Shown piece by piece: positions 1 to 9,639 of a DNA stretch of 64,000 bases (position 1 is the stretch's first letter; each line of letters opens with the position of its first letter). The stretch is from a bacterium (GTDB lineage: Bacteria; Vulcanimicrobiota; Xenobia; Xenobiales; JADMJV01): positions 9,019-73,018 of the forward strand of contig JASBRJ010000049.1 of assembly GCA_030149525.1 (NCBI GenBank), in the 5' to 3' direction. The position numbers and the translations under genes were made by a program. Below the pieces are notes generated by a model. That model did not search any database and was not told where the DNA came from. It saw only the letters and a program-made list of their open reading frames with translations.

Positions 1-1968
1 GCAACGACTATCACCATAACCGGTGTACCCACCAGTACTCAGTCGTTCCGCATCATCGCCACCAACGCCAACGGCGCGACCCTGGCCACCATTACCGGAA
101 ATGTCACTGTAACTCTTAACGGCACCACCGTGGTGGACCTGAGCGGCGTGACGGTCACCGTGCCCCAGCCTTCGGCGTCGGCCATCAATGTTCTGGTCTC
201 CAACAACGGAACCGGGAATGCCGGAGACCTCGACCTGTTCGATCGCATCAACAATCTGGTGCGAACCATCACGTCCGGGTCCAATCAGGGAATTACCCTC
301 GATAAACTGAGTACCGGATACCACAACGGCAATACCGATGTGCGAATCCTCAACAAAGCGACCACTCGCACCGGGGCCTTCAATACTAACATGGACCGTC
401 TATACAACGTTCCCAGTTCCAGCGCGATTAAAGGTTCCGACTACATTCAAAGTCGCGGGCTTATGATATTGGCGGACTTCGGTGCCAGCAATCTCTACCT
501 CGTTAGTTCTGCCGGGACTTCCGGAGAGTTCTTCCAAGCTCTGCCTGCTGGTGGGAAACCCTGGGACGTCCTCTATGACGACACCAACGATAGACTTTTT
601 GTGGCCTTCTCTGAGGGAAGCGTATCCGTCTACGACAACTTCGTGGGCGGAAACTTCAATCAAACTCCCAGTCGTACTTTTACTTCACAAGGTCTAGACA
701 ATGCTCACGGGATTGCTTACGACCTGGCCACCGATACTCTCTTTATTTCCGATGTCGGCGCCGTTACCACGGGAGCTAATAGCGATGGCGAAATTTTCAT
801 TTTCTCCAACGCCTCCACCGCCACCGGTTCGGTCATTCCTAAAGCGATCATCGGTGGCTCCAATACCATGCTGGGCAACCCCGTCGACATCGACTTTGCC
901 AATGGAGATCTTCGCGTTGCTGAAAAGACTAACGACAAGCTCTTGATTTTCGCCAACATTCTGCAGTCCACCGGAGGGAACATTGCACCCACCGTAGCGA
1001 CGACGGAAACCAAGCCGGAATCGCTGACCTCTCAAGCAGCCGTCACGGTTGCTTCAGACAACTCCGATATTGACGGCGGCGCGACCGTTCAAAACATCCT
1101 TGTTTCTACAAATCCTAGCTCGGCAACTCCGCCTACCGGTTCGTTCATCAGAATGTCTCCGACTTTGACGGGTAATAGCCAATTCGACCCCGGACTAGGT
1201 TTCGCCACCGAAAGCATCAAAGTCGATACCGTAGGCGACGTCTTTATGACCGGTGACAATCTCCTGGGTCAATTCAATCGTGTCGCAAGCGGTGTTCGAG
1301 ACACAAGCAACTCGAGAGTCCTGAACCAAGACCGCGTAGCCACCGCTACCGGCAGCTTCAAAGGTCTCGACGTGGTCGACTCCCGCGGCGTCATCATCGT
1401 AGCCGACGTGAGCGGTAGCGTTAAGGTCTTCGGCAAATACGGCGAGCTAACAACCCCTATCACCACCACCACGACTCCTGGTAACCCCTGGGATGTGGAC
1501 TACGATGTGGCCAACGATCGCCTGTACGTGGCGCTAACCAACGGCTCTGTAGCGGTCTATGACAACTACTTCGCTAATAACCCCGCCACTGCAACTCGCA
1601 CCATCACCTTCGGTGCAACCAACGCTCACGGTATCGTTCACGATGCGGCCAACAACGTACTGCTGGTCTCCGACGTAGGCGCCACAACCGGCGGCACCAA
1701 CACCGACGGACGACTGTTTGTTATTGCCAACGCCTCCACGGCATCCGGCGCGGTCACCCCCAGCGTCACCATCAGCGGTGCAGCCACCAATCTCGGTGAC
1801 CCCGTTGACGTAGCCTATGACGGCACCAACCTCTACGTTGCAGAGAAGTCTCTGAACTTCGTGCACCGTTTCGACAACATCCGTGCTTCCAACGGCGGCA
1901 ATGTTGCTCCAAGCATCAGCAGAGCCATTACCAAGCCTGAATCTGTGAGCCTCATTACCGGCCTCTAA
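1..1968 (+). CDS. Surface/secreted NHL-like beta-propeller repeat protein, 5'-truncated by the window edge
   Basis: Frame 1 is open from base 1 (ATTITITGVPTSTQSF...) to TAA at 1966-1968. It has two homologous modules (PWDVxYDxxNDRLxVA...AHGI...SDVGA...NASTAxG...LGxPVD...KPES) at about 553-1030 and 1480-1950, and is S/T/N/G rich. Confidence 0.8.
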   Translation, partial: ATTITITGVPTSTQSFRIIATNANGATLATITGNVTVTLNGTTVVDLSGVTVTVPQPSASAINVLVSNNGTGNAGDLDLFDRINNLVRTITSGSNQGITLDKLSTGYHNGNTDVRILNKATTRTGAFNTNMDRLYNVPSSSAIKGSDYIQSRGLMILADFGASNLYLVSSAGTSGEFFQALPAGGKPWDVLYDDTNDRLFVAFSEGSVSVYDNFVGGNFNQTPSRTFTSQGLDNAHGIAYDLATDTLFISDVGAVTTGANSDGEIFIFSNASTATGSVIPKAIIGGSNTMLGNPVDIDFANGDLRVAEKTNDKLLIFANILQSTGGNIAPTVATTETKPESLTSQAAVTVASDNSDIDGGATVQNILVSTNPSSATPPTGSFIRMSPTLTGNSQFDPGLGFATESIKVDTVGDVFMTGDNLLGQFNRVASGVRDTSNSRVLNQDRVATATGSFKGLDVVDSRGVIIVADVSGSVKVFGKYGELTTPITTTTTPGNPWDVDYDVANDRLYVALTNGSVAVYDNYFANNPATATRTITFGATNAHGIVHDAANNVLLVSDVGATTGGTNTDGRLFVIANASTASGAVTPSVTISGAATNLGDPVDVAYDGTNLYVAEKSLNFVHRFDNIRASNGGNVAPSISRAITKPESVSLITGL

Positions 1969-1990
1969 GTTTCAAAGCTTACCAGAAAAG

Positions 1991-2019
1991 AAGACCTCGC
2001 CTCGGCGGGGTCTTTTTTT
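1991..2019 (+). terminator. Rho-independent terminator
   Basis: AAGACCTCGC-CTCG-GCGGGGTCTT hairpin followed by a T-run, about 20 bp after the stop codon. Confidence 0.85.
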
Positions 2020-2043
2020 CTGTCACCGAAGCGATAGATCGAC

Positions 2044-3504
2044 ATGAACGCTGAAGACCGATACGAGAGACGAGGTTGGGAACTTCTCAGAGAGCTTTTG
2101 CTGCTGCGAGATTCCGGCGACGAAGAATGCTCACTCCTTACTGAATCAAACCTGTTCTATGAACTTCTCCATCAGTCACCGAACCAACAAAGTCGCTTCG
2201 ACGAGAGATTTCTGCGAATGGCCCACCTGGTGAGAGGGTTTCTACACGCTAACGGGATCGAAAGGCCTCAACTCCGGAAGCTAGTCGACCAAATCCGAGA
2301 ATATGGCGCATTTCTCAGGCTGATAGACCGGGTGGACAAACTCCAGACCCAGCTGTTCTGCTCCCAAGCTGTTGCACTAGCCTATGCAATAGAATTTCAA
2401 GAGAAAATCGGTGGCCGCTGCTCAGGTGGGCTCTCTCTCCTCCGAGGTATTCTCTCCTTGGGAGACTGTGAAGCCACAAAATTTCTCCAGAAACAAGGCC
2501 TTGATGTGGAGAAACTGGCCTATCGCCTGGAAGACTTCGAAGACGAGACCGAACCACTCGCGACGGAGTTAATTTTTCGAGCCGCCTGTCAACAACGAAG
2601 CGAACTCCAGTCCACTCAGCTCCTCCACTACTTGATCTCAAGAGGAGACCTCAGGGCTGGTCAGGTCCTCAAAAAATTGGGACTGGACGGTGAAGAAAGT
2701 CAGCGTCGTCTGGTCTCGCTTTTCAAAAACTTCGATGAGCCTGTTATCATAAAGAAAGAATCACAGTTTGTCCCAGAAAACCTCTGGTGGAGCGAGTATA
2801 TCTCACCGAACCAAAGTGAAGAAACCAGATTCATGATACACTGCAAAAAGGGCTGGTTTCTCATGGGAGAGCTGCTGCGTCACGCTGACTCAGACACGGA
2901 GGATTGGCCAATTTTTAACGCTATCCTGACAGGTTCGGCTCATCCCTACTGGGCCCGTTTCTGCTCTCACTCTGCTTGGGAGAGAAAGTTCATTTTGCTC
3001 GCCCGAGAGTGCAATAAAAAGCTCCCGACCTGCCGGAGAACTCTTCATCTAGCAAAAGAAATTAATGAGTCCTGGAATCCTTTCGCCTATTTTGGCAGCT
3101 TCCCAAGCATGACTTTGAGAGACGTTCTTTGCCAACCAGGTCTCACGGATCTCGACTTTCTTGAAAGAGCCCTCGCTTCTCATCAAAGCAACACTCGGCA
3201 GGCCCTCCTGACAGGTGAGCTACTGGACAAACAGAGAGTCCTTCAGATTATCACCCTGACTCGAAGACGAGGGAATGAATTCAGAGTTCAGGGAGAGACT
3301 CTAAGAGCCGCCTCAAAATTTGCCAACCGCAACTTTCATAACGGAACTGACAATCCTCAGCCGAATCGAGCGAGCACGCTACACTACCTCATCGTCACCA
3401 TGGAACTGCTGCCTGACTCCGGGCCCACAAAGGTGCTCACATCCCTGGGAGTTACTCCCCAGAAACTACTCACCCACCTGAATGCGCTGGACCCGGAACC
3501 CTAG
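2044..3504 (+). CDS. Clp N-terminal (Clp-R) repeat-containing protein without AAA+ domain
   Basis: Three Clp-repeat-like segments (SLLRGILSLGDCEATKFLQKQGLD; STQLLHYLISRGDLRAGQVLKKLGLD; STLHYLIV...PTKVLTSLGVT). No Walker motifs. Confidence 0.6.
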   Translation: MNAEDRYERRGWELLRELLLLRDSGDEECSLLTESNLFYELLHQSPNQQSRFDERFLRMAHLVRGFLHANGIERPQLRKLVDQIREYGAFLRLIDRVDKLQTQLFCSQAVALAYAIEFQEKIGGRCSGGLSLLRGILSLGDCEATKFLQKQGLDVEKLAYRLEDFEDETEPLATELIFRAACQQRSELQSTQLLHYLISRGDLRAGQVLKKLGLDGEESQRRLVSLFKNFDEPVIIKKESQFVPENLWWSEYISPNQSEETRFMIHCKKGWFLMGELLRHADSDTEDWPIFNAILTGSAHPYWARFCSHSAWERKFILLARECNKKLPTCRRTLHLAKEINESWNPFAYFGSFPSMTLRDVLCQPGLTDLDFLERALASHQSNTRQALLTGELLDKQRVLQIITLTRRRGNEFRVQGETLRAASKFANRNFHNGTDNPQPNRASTLHYLIVTMELLPDSGPTKVLTSLGVTPQKLLTHLNALDPEP

Positions 3505-4013
3505 AAGCCCGTCCGAAGCGCCTGCTCCACCACAACCTCACTCCAGTCTCGGGAAGCAGGCAAAGTGAGAAATAGTTGAGAGCCATGATCGCAAAGAGCG
3601 CTCCGTTCGACTTTTTCCGCGTCGGGACTGAAGAATACTGTCAGCTTGAAGCGGTCCTTGTTCTCTACATTCCTCTGTATCAAGTGGGCAAGTCGTTCGA
3701 GGCCGGCAACGGTGTACTTTCGACTTCGTTTATCGGGGACAAATTGAAAGCCTAAATGCAGCTGGAGCTTGCCTTTCCAGCTTTCCAAAACAGCGTGTCG
3801 GCGACCGGTATGGTAGTCCGACACTCCGCCCTTGTCGCCTGTTTCGCCGGAAGCCGCAAATGCGGTAAGAAGCTCGGCCAGAGCTTTCCGTTCCTCTTTA
3901 TTCAGGGGATCTCGAAAAATTTTTGACCATTGAGGAGAAAGCTTGAGTTCCACCAATCGCTCCAGAGTCTCAGCAGCGACGGCGTAACCCTCTACGCGAA
4001 GTAAGTAGCTCAA
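3501..4013 (-). CDS. Hypothetical protein
   Basis: 170-aa ORF whose stop overlaps the neighbour's stop in CTAG (3501-3504). No recognisable motif; start uncertain. Confidence 0.55.
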   Translation of the reverse strand: MSYLLRVEGYAVAAETLERLVELKLSPQWSKIFRDPLNKEERKALAELLTAFAASGETGDKGGVSDYHTGRRHAVLESWKGKLQLHLGFQFVPDKRSRKYTVAGLERLAHLIQRNVENKDRFKLTVFFSPDAEKVERSALCDHGSQLFLTLPASRDWSEVVVEQALRTGF

Positions 4014-4226
4014 ACTGTTCTGAGCGCCTGCCCCAGAAACGAGAAGCAGTTGTCAAAGGACTATGAATAGAAGGTTTTTTCTCATGCCGGGCCGTTCGCC
4101 GAATCTCGGCTCCAAACATTCTGCGGGCAGCACGGGGATTATACAAAAGTATAAGGGTCAAGAATTCCCCCGGGCGCTTTCCTGCCGTTCGAGAGAGTCT
4201 ACACTTGAGATGATTGGAGAGCGATC

Positions 4227-5207
4227 ATGGAAAACCGCAGCCCGAATTTTTATAAGAAAATCCTAGTGCCTTTAGATGGAACCAGGTTTGCCGAGAGTCT
4301 GATATCACACGCCGTCTCTCTGGCCTCAGCCTTCTCGGCCGATGTGCATCTCCTGCGAGCCGTTCCTTTCCCCTCCTACATCTTCACGCCGCCCGGAGTG
4401 ATCTATGCCGGAGCGATGCCGATCTACCGTCCCGCCGTCATCGAGAATGAGGATGCTTGGGAAGAGGACAAGAAAAGCGCCCAGAGCTATCTTGATACCG
4501 TGGAGGCTAGATTTCGTGAAGAGGGCCTCGGCGTGTCGTCCAACGTGAGATTCGGGGCAGCTCATGAGATTATTCTGGAAGAGGCTCAGGCGCGACACTG
4601 TGACCTTATTCTCGTGGCCAGTCATCAAAGGCAAGGGCTTTCTAGATGGCTCGCACCAAGCACTTCGACCACTCTTTGTCTTCAGGCAAAGTGTCCGGTC
4701 ATGGTGGTGCCGGGAGACGAGAGTGAAGGGCGCTTCGGCGAAAAGCAACTCTTTCAGGAGCTTCACGAACAGGTTCTGTCCCACCTCGAGGAGTTGTCAA
4801 AGGAGACTGAAATCGAGCCCGAGACGCTCAAGAAAGCGATTCCTAGTGCTCTGACGATGATTCTGGCTGCCCTGGCTGAGGAGCGTCGACGCGGCCCCGA
4901 CCTTGTAGAAATACTGACCGAACACGAATCGCCTTCCGACGGTCGACCAGACCTGAAGCTCGTCTCTCTTATCTTCAATCGTCGCGGAGTTCTGGCAACC
5001 GCGAACCTTAAGGAAGAGATTGAAGAACTGGAATCCGATCAGAGCTTAGAGCTCTTAGCACGACTGTCGCCATTCGTCCTGGCATACTTGAGAGCGACAG
5101 CCCACGACGAATCGGACGTGCGAACCTTCATCGACAGGCAGCTCGCCAACTCGCCGGAAACCGTCCGGGAGACGGCCAAGAAGACATCGGAACTCGTTCA
5201 TGTTTGA
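4227..5207 (+). CDS. Universal stress protein (UspA domain) fused to a DUF937-like C-terminal domain
   Basis: YKKILVPLDGTRFAE...CDLILVASHQRQG...CPVMVV is a USP domain. The C-terminal KKAIPSALTMILAAL helical region resembles DUF937/YidB. Confidence 0.8.
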   Translation: MENRSPNFYKKILVPLDGTRFAESLISHAVSLASAFSADVHLLRAVPFPSYIFTPPGVIYAGAMPIYRPAVIENEDAWEEDKKSAQSYLDTVEARFREEGLGVSSNVRFGAAHEIILEEAQARHCDLILVASHQRQGLSRWLAPSTSTTLCLQAKCPVMVVPGDESEGRFGEKQLFQELHEQVLSHLEELSKETEIEPETLKKAIPSALTMILAALAEERRRGPDLVEILTEHESPSDGRPDLKLVSLIFNRRGVLATANLKEEIEELESDQSLELLARLSPFVLAYLRATAHDESDVRTFIDRQLANSPETVRETAKKTSELVHV

Positions 5208-6310
5208 GGCGAGTGACGACTTCCACAATGAGGGCCCACAAAGGCGTGGCAATCGTGAGACAGGGCAACCTTAGAAAGGTCGTTCAGTAAGTATTGGTGA
5301 GCAGCCTCGTCCTGTTTTAAGGTAGAATCCAAGAAGGCCATTGAGGTGCTGTTGGCCACCGCAGCCGTGATCCCGATCAATCCGAAAACCTGACCGAACG
5401 AAGCGTGCATCGTGTTGTCGATCACAACATGATACTTGTGTTCGCTGGAGGCTCCGTTGAAGGTATCCAGATGAACATTAGGGCCCTCCGTGCCGGTGAA
5501 AATCCGGTCGTGGTCACCGCTCAGCGTTAGGAGCGGTTTTTCAATCTTTTTGTAACTCTTCGGGTCCATCCCCAGGAGATGAGTCGGCAGAGAGTCTCCG
5601 TAGGGGCTCATTCCGATGAAAGCATCAATTCTCTCGTCCTCCACGGCCGCCTCGGTGCCATCTTTGTCGACAACATCCACCCCCGCCATGGCCTGAGCTG
5701 TGAGGGCACCGAAGGAGTGCCCCGCTAGGGCAACGTTTTCCATATCTGCCTGGGCAGTGATTCGCTCAGGCAGTACTTTGTGGTCCACTAAGTCAAGAAC
5801 GTTGGAAACGTCTCTCGTCCGCTCCACAAGCTCTTTCTGACTGAAAATCTTCAAGGACGGACGGCGAATAAAAGAAGTCGTATCACTTCCCAGATGAGTC
5901 GGCTGAAGCACCGTGTATCCGTGGCTTGCCAGATGTTTCCCAAAATAGCGGTAGGTCAATTCGTTACCGGCCAGGCCGTGAGAAAAGACCACAACGGGAG
6001 ATTTTTCGCCCGGGCCCAGATTTTTAGGATGATAGACGGTGAGAGGAACTTTACGACCTCGATCTTCGTCTTGGAAACTGAAACGCTCTATGGCGACATC
6101 GTACGTCCCGGCCGCTTCTTTATAGAGAGGTAACTTCGGCCTTCGCAAGCCTTCCACGGCTTTCTGAGCCAGGTCCTTGATTTCCTGAAAAAAACCCTCA
6201 CCCTCGTCCTGAGCCGTGAAAGACTCTCTGGGCTCCGGGTCTAGACCTTTGCTACCAGGCCTTCGGAGAGGCTTGGAAAGAAGTTTGTCACGAACGGCTC
6301 CAATGAGCAT
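5198..6310 (-). CDS. Alpha/beta hydrolase (PAF-acetylhydrolase/dienelactone hydrolase-like)
   Basis: PVVVFSHGLAG, nucleophile elbow GHSFG, GDHD and H(ASF) as candidate triad residues. Confidence 0.85.
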   Translation of the reverse strand: MLIGAVRDKLLSKPLRRPGSKGLDPEPRESFTAQDEGEGFFQEIKDLAQKAVEGLRRPKLPLYKEAAGTYDVAIERFSFQDEDRGRKVPLTVYHPKNLGPGEKSPVVVFSHGLAGNELTYRYFGKHLASHGYTVLQPTHLGSDTTSFIRRPSLKIFSQKELVERTRDVSNVLDLVDHKVLPERITAQADMENVALAGHSFGALTAQAMAGVDVVDKDGTEAAVEDERIDAFIGMSPYGDSLPTHLLGMDPKSYKKIEKPLLTLSGDHDRIFTGTEGPNVHLDTFNGASSEHKYHVVIDNTMHASFGQVFGLIGITAAVANSTSMAFLDSTLKQDEAAHQYLLNDLSKVALSHDCHAFVGPHCGSRHSPQT

Positions 6311-6425
6311 AGTTATCTCCTAAGTCTGACAACAGTCTAGGAGAAGTCACTGGAACTCGGGTGGAATGGATGCCGGTGGAAGTAAAGAATAGGTTAAAGC
6401 CTAGTGCAGTTTCAGTATGCTGTAC

Positions 6426-7046
6426 TTAGTAAGGCGTATCAATAACCACGGTCTGGCCGGGTTCATCCATACGAACGTCCCGGAACGTTTCGGTTCCATC
6501 TTCCCATTCAACTTTGACCTGGTAGTAAGAGCCCACTTTGGCGTTTTCAAACTTACTCTCGTGCTTGTTATAGTCGGCACGGTTTTCATCCCACTGACGC
6601 GTGCTCCACTTGCGATGCTCGTGAATGGTGACTTTCTTGGCCTTCACGCCGTCGTTTCGGTTTCCGGCGACCACGTTCAGATCGCCCTTTTGCGCCGAAG
6701 CGTTATCTTTCTTGTCGGTATTGACACCCTTGGCGGCTTCCAGAGCTTTCAGTAGAGCAATCTGCTGAAGAAGTTGATCATAATAGCTCATCTGCTCGTC
6801 TAAGCGGCGGTTCATGAGCGCATAAGGGTCATTGAGAGGCACACCCGGCATGCTCGTTGCCTTCAGAGGACTGGGGATCAAGCCCAAGTCGGGAAGTCCA
6901 CCACCGAGCGACACAGTGTCCTGGGGCATGGAGATGGTGGGAAGGGGCAGACCGCCACTGAACCGTTGCTGAGAAAGCGTGGCTATCTGCGCCGTCTGGG
7001 CGCGTTGGAGGCGGTTCATGGCTTGAAAAATGGCTGCGTCGTACAT
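6426..7046 (-). CDS. Hypothetical protein
   Basis: 206-aa ORF with a low-complexity N-terminus and a beta-rich C-terminal domain (YYQVKVEWEDG). Start uncertain because AGGAG abuts the ATG. Confidence 0.65.
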   Translation of the reverse strand: MYDAAIFQAMNRLQRAQTAQIATLSQQRFSGGLPLPTISMPQDTVSLGGGLPDLGLIPSPLKATSMPGVPLNDPYALMNRRLDEQMSYYDQLLQQIALLKALEAAKGVNTDKKDNASAQKGDLNVVAGNRNDGVKAKKVTIHEHRKWSTRQWDENRADYNKHESKFENAKVGSYYQVKVEWEDGTETFRDVRMDEPGQTVVIDTPY

Positions 7047-7169
7047 CTCCTGAGTATTTTCTCAGAGAATCCCAAAAAAATTCTTAAATTTTGCGGAACT
7101 CCTGGTCAAAAAGCGAGTTTGATCCCATGTCAAAACCCCTCTAAAAACGAGACAATCTCAAAACCTCCC

Positions 7170-7195
7170 GCCGAGGACCTTTCCTCGGCCTTTTT
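7170..7195. terminator. Hairpin / possible terminator
   Basis: GCCGAGG-ACCTTT-CCTCGGC directly downstream of the acetyltransferase stop. The T-run is on the + strand. Confidence 0.45.
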
Positions 7196-7835
7196 ATTGA
7201 CCGAGCTTTGCCCTGGCCGGAACTCCAACGGCAACCACATCTCCCGGAAGATCGTCCACCACGACCCCACCCGCCCCCACAACGCTTCCGCTACCAACGC
7301 TCTTTCCGGGAATCACACAGGCGTTGGTTCCTATCATAACCCTCGGGCCCAGTGTCACGTTACCGGTCAGTCGGGCACCGGGACAAAGGAAGCTGAAGTC
7401 GCCCACTCGACAGTCATGACTGATACTGCTGTGGACTCCAAGAATCACATGGGCTCCCACCACCACATTCGTACTCACCGTGACTCTGGGAAAGATCATG
7501 GCTCCAGGACCGATCTGGCAGGCGGGGGAGAAGTGAGCCAGAGGAGACACGGCAGAACCGAAGGTTGCCCCCAACTCCAAGGCTCGGTCCGCTATCCTTT
7601 GGCGAACGGAATTATCACCGATAGCCACGATGAGATCGAACTCACTCAGATGCTCTTCAAGCCAAGAGAAGCCACCCAGCACCTCGTACCCAAGCACCCG
7701 CTCCCCCTTCCGCTCGGAGCGATCGTCTAAGAAGCCCAAAAGACTCGGGCGTCCCTGCTCCTGATGCGCGTGCATTACGATCTCAGCGACTTCCCGAGCA
7801 TGACCACCACTTCCGTAAATAACAATAGGCTTCAT
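7194..7835 (-). CDS. NeuD/PglD-family sugar O/N-acetyltransferase (hexapeptide repeat)
   Basis: MKPIVIYGSGGHAREV, IAIGDNSVR, left-handed beta-helix repeats, GVPAR. Start moved to ATG at 7835. Confidence 0.9.
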   Translation of the reverse strand: MKPIVIYGSGGHAREVAEIVMHAHQEQGRPSLLGFLDDRSERKGERVLGYEVLGGFSWLEEHLSEFDLIVAIGDNSVRQRIADRALELGATFGSAVSPLAHFSPACQIGPGAMIFPRVTVSTNVVVGAHVILGVHSSISHDCRVGDFSFLCPGARLTGNVTLGPRVMIGTNACVIPGKSVGSGSVVGAGGVVVDDLPGDVVAVGVPARAKLGQ

Positions 7836-7927
7836 GCAAAACTCCCGAACATAGGTCTCTATGCTCGGGAGTTTTGTTTCGAGAATTGCACTAACCTGCA
7901 AGTCCTATCTTGGCAGGGAGAAAGATA

Positions 7928-8275
7928 TTACCAGCGTCCGCGATTCATCTTCTTTCGCTGCCCCGGCGGCATTCCGTGAGGGTGGCGAGGGTGATTTCGA
8001 CGCTCCCACTGATAAGGGTCCTGGACATAACGGATTCGATTCTGTTGGGGAACATAGTAATTGATGCTTTGACCGGGCTGCAGGTCTGACCAGGAAACGC
8101 GGAGTCCTCCAAGTTGAAAAGTCGCCTGCTGCTGCGGTACGAGATAGGCTGCTCCCCCTCGTTGAATCAGTACCCCTTCCGGATAAACTCCATAGACGGT
8201 ACCACTCTGATAGGGCTGGGCCCACAGTCCGCCGCTCAAATATAAGAAACATCCTAATGTTAGTAACTTCTTCAT
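7928..8275 (-). CDS. Small secreted protein
   Basis: Sec signal (MKKLLTLGCFLYLSGGLWA), beta-rich core, C-terminal HPRHPHGMPPGQRKK. Confidence 0.7.
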   Translation of the reverse strand: MKKLLTLGCFLYLSGGLWAQPYQSGTVYGVYPEGVLIQRGGAAYLVPQQQATFQLGGLRVSWSDLQPGQSINYYVPQQNRIRYVQDPYQWERRNHPRHPHGMPPGQRKKMNRGRW

Positions 8276-8340
8276 CGGTCAAGTCCTTTCACGACTCCCC
8301 CAGTCTCCATATTGCGGACAGCGAAGGATTCGACCAACCT

Positions 8341-9639
8341 TCAGGAGCTTACAGTAGCCTTATCCTTTTGGGGTAAGACACCGGGTGCCAGAAACCGCTT
8401 ATCCTCTGCCGTTGCTCCCCAGGACTCAACCCAGACAGGAGCGAGTTCACTGAGACAACTTAACAACCCCGCGGCGCCGGCAACCTCACGATAGATTGGG
8501 GTCACGCTCTCTAGCTGATGAGTGAGGTGGGCCTGGTAATCCAGATCCCTGAACCGACCTGGCGCGACCTCCTCTAGCTCTCGATAGCGTTCAGCCACCT
8601 TCCAGCCATCGGAGATCCGATCCAGGTGAGTCACGGCCAGTCCGTCCAATCCACCGCACACCCGCTTGGCGTAGCGCAAGAGGGGCAGATCCAACCAACC
8701 GTTACGAAAACCTTCCTGCCAGGGTCCCCATCGGTTGTGGAGTTCCGGAAGTAGAAGCTGTTTCTGTTCGGTGGGAAAAGGACCGGCCCCATGGCGAGTA
8801 GCGTAACTCCTCACCACACCTAAACGATGAGCCTCACCACCCCATTCGCGCACTAGCTCCAAAGCGTTGTCGAAGGTGCAGGTGGACCAGGTTGTGTAGG
8901 GGTGAAACCCGCGCCACTCATCGAGCAAAACCCCCTGAGCGCCCTCGAAAACAACCGATCCATCAGTGGGACCTTGCAACCCCACGCGACTCGAGACGAT
9001 CTGAGCCTCCATAAGAAACCGCTCAAGAGCCTCCTCGCCTTCCAGGAGCGCCAGTTCTTGAGTCGCCAACGGCTCATTTTCCAGCTCTCTCCTTCGAGCT
9101 CGAAACTCACTGTAGTACCTTTGCTGGATACGACAAAGTTTTCGGAACAAACGTTCCTGGTGAGACAGATCGTCTGCAACGACACCTTCCTCAGGAAACT
9201 CCAAAGAGTGATGCATGGTCTCTCCCACACCTAGTCCACAGGAACCGTGGCGCTCGTCTCCTCTCAGGATCTCCCGCAGACGATTGGCCGCCTGGTGGAA
9301 TGGAGTGCTCACTCTGGCCCGGGGGTCGATGACAACCCTGGACAGCGCATTCTCGACGCCTTTCCCCTCTAGAACCTCAGCCTCCCTTAGCAACCCTCCG
9401 GGATGGAGAACCATGAAGCGCGACAGATAGGTCCTCACTCCTGGAACGAACGTTCCCGCTCCGAACTGACTGAAGATATGCTCTCTGCCGTCCTCGGTGA
9501 CCACCGCGTGGCCCGCCTGGGCGCCGCCGTTGAAGCGAACAACCCAGGCGGCATCGGTTTGCCGCACCAGAGCATCGGTGATGGTACCTTTACCCGAGTC
9601 ACCGAACCCGAGGTCGACTACGATGATAGCCTTTACCAT
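8341..9639 (-). CDS. Adenylosuccinate synthetase paralog (PurA-like, non-canonical)
   Basis: GFGDSGKG, RFNGGAQAGH, FEGAQGVLLD, HPYTTWS, YATRHGAGPFPTE, GWLD. The GxTTGRxR aspartate loop is absent. Confidence 0.85.
   Translation of the reverse strand: MVKAIIVVDLGFGDSGKGTITDALVRQTDAAWVVRFNGGAQAGHAVVTEDGREHIFSQFGAGTFVPGVRTYLSRFMVLHPGGLLREAEVLEGKGVENALSRVVIDPRARVSTPFHQAANRLREILRGDERHGSCGLGVGETMHHSLEFPEEGVVADDLSHQERLFRKLCRIQQRYYSEFRARRRELENEPLATQELALLEGEEALERFLMEAQIVSSRVGLQGPTDGSVVFEGAQGVLLDEWRGFHPYTTWSTCTFDNALELVREWGGEAHRLGVVRSYATRHGAGPFPTEQKQLLLPELHNRWGPWQEGFRNGWLDLPLLRYAKRVCGGLDGLAVTHLDRISDGWKVAERYRELEEVAPGRFRDLDYQAHLTHQLESVTPIYREVAGAAGLLSCLSELAPVWVESWGATAEDKRFLAPGVLPQKDKATVSS

Noticed and set aside
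8341-9639. Calling this gene housekeeping purA
   Set aside because: The aspartate-binding TTGRxR loop is absent, and the gene is embedded in a vWA/pseudokinase operon.
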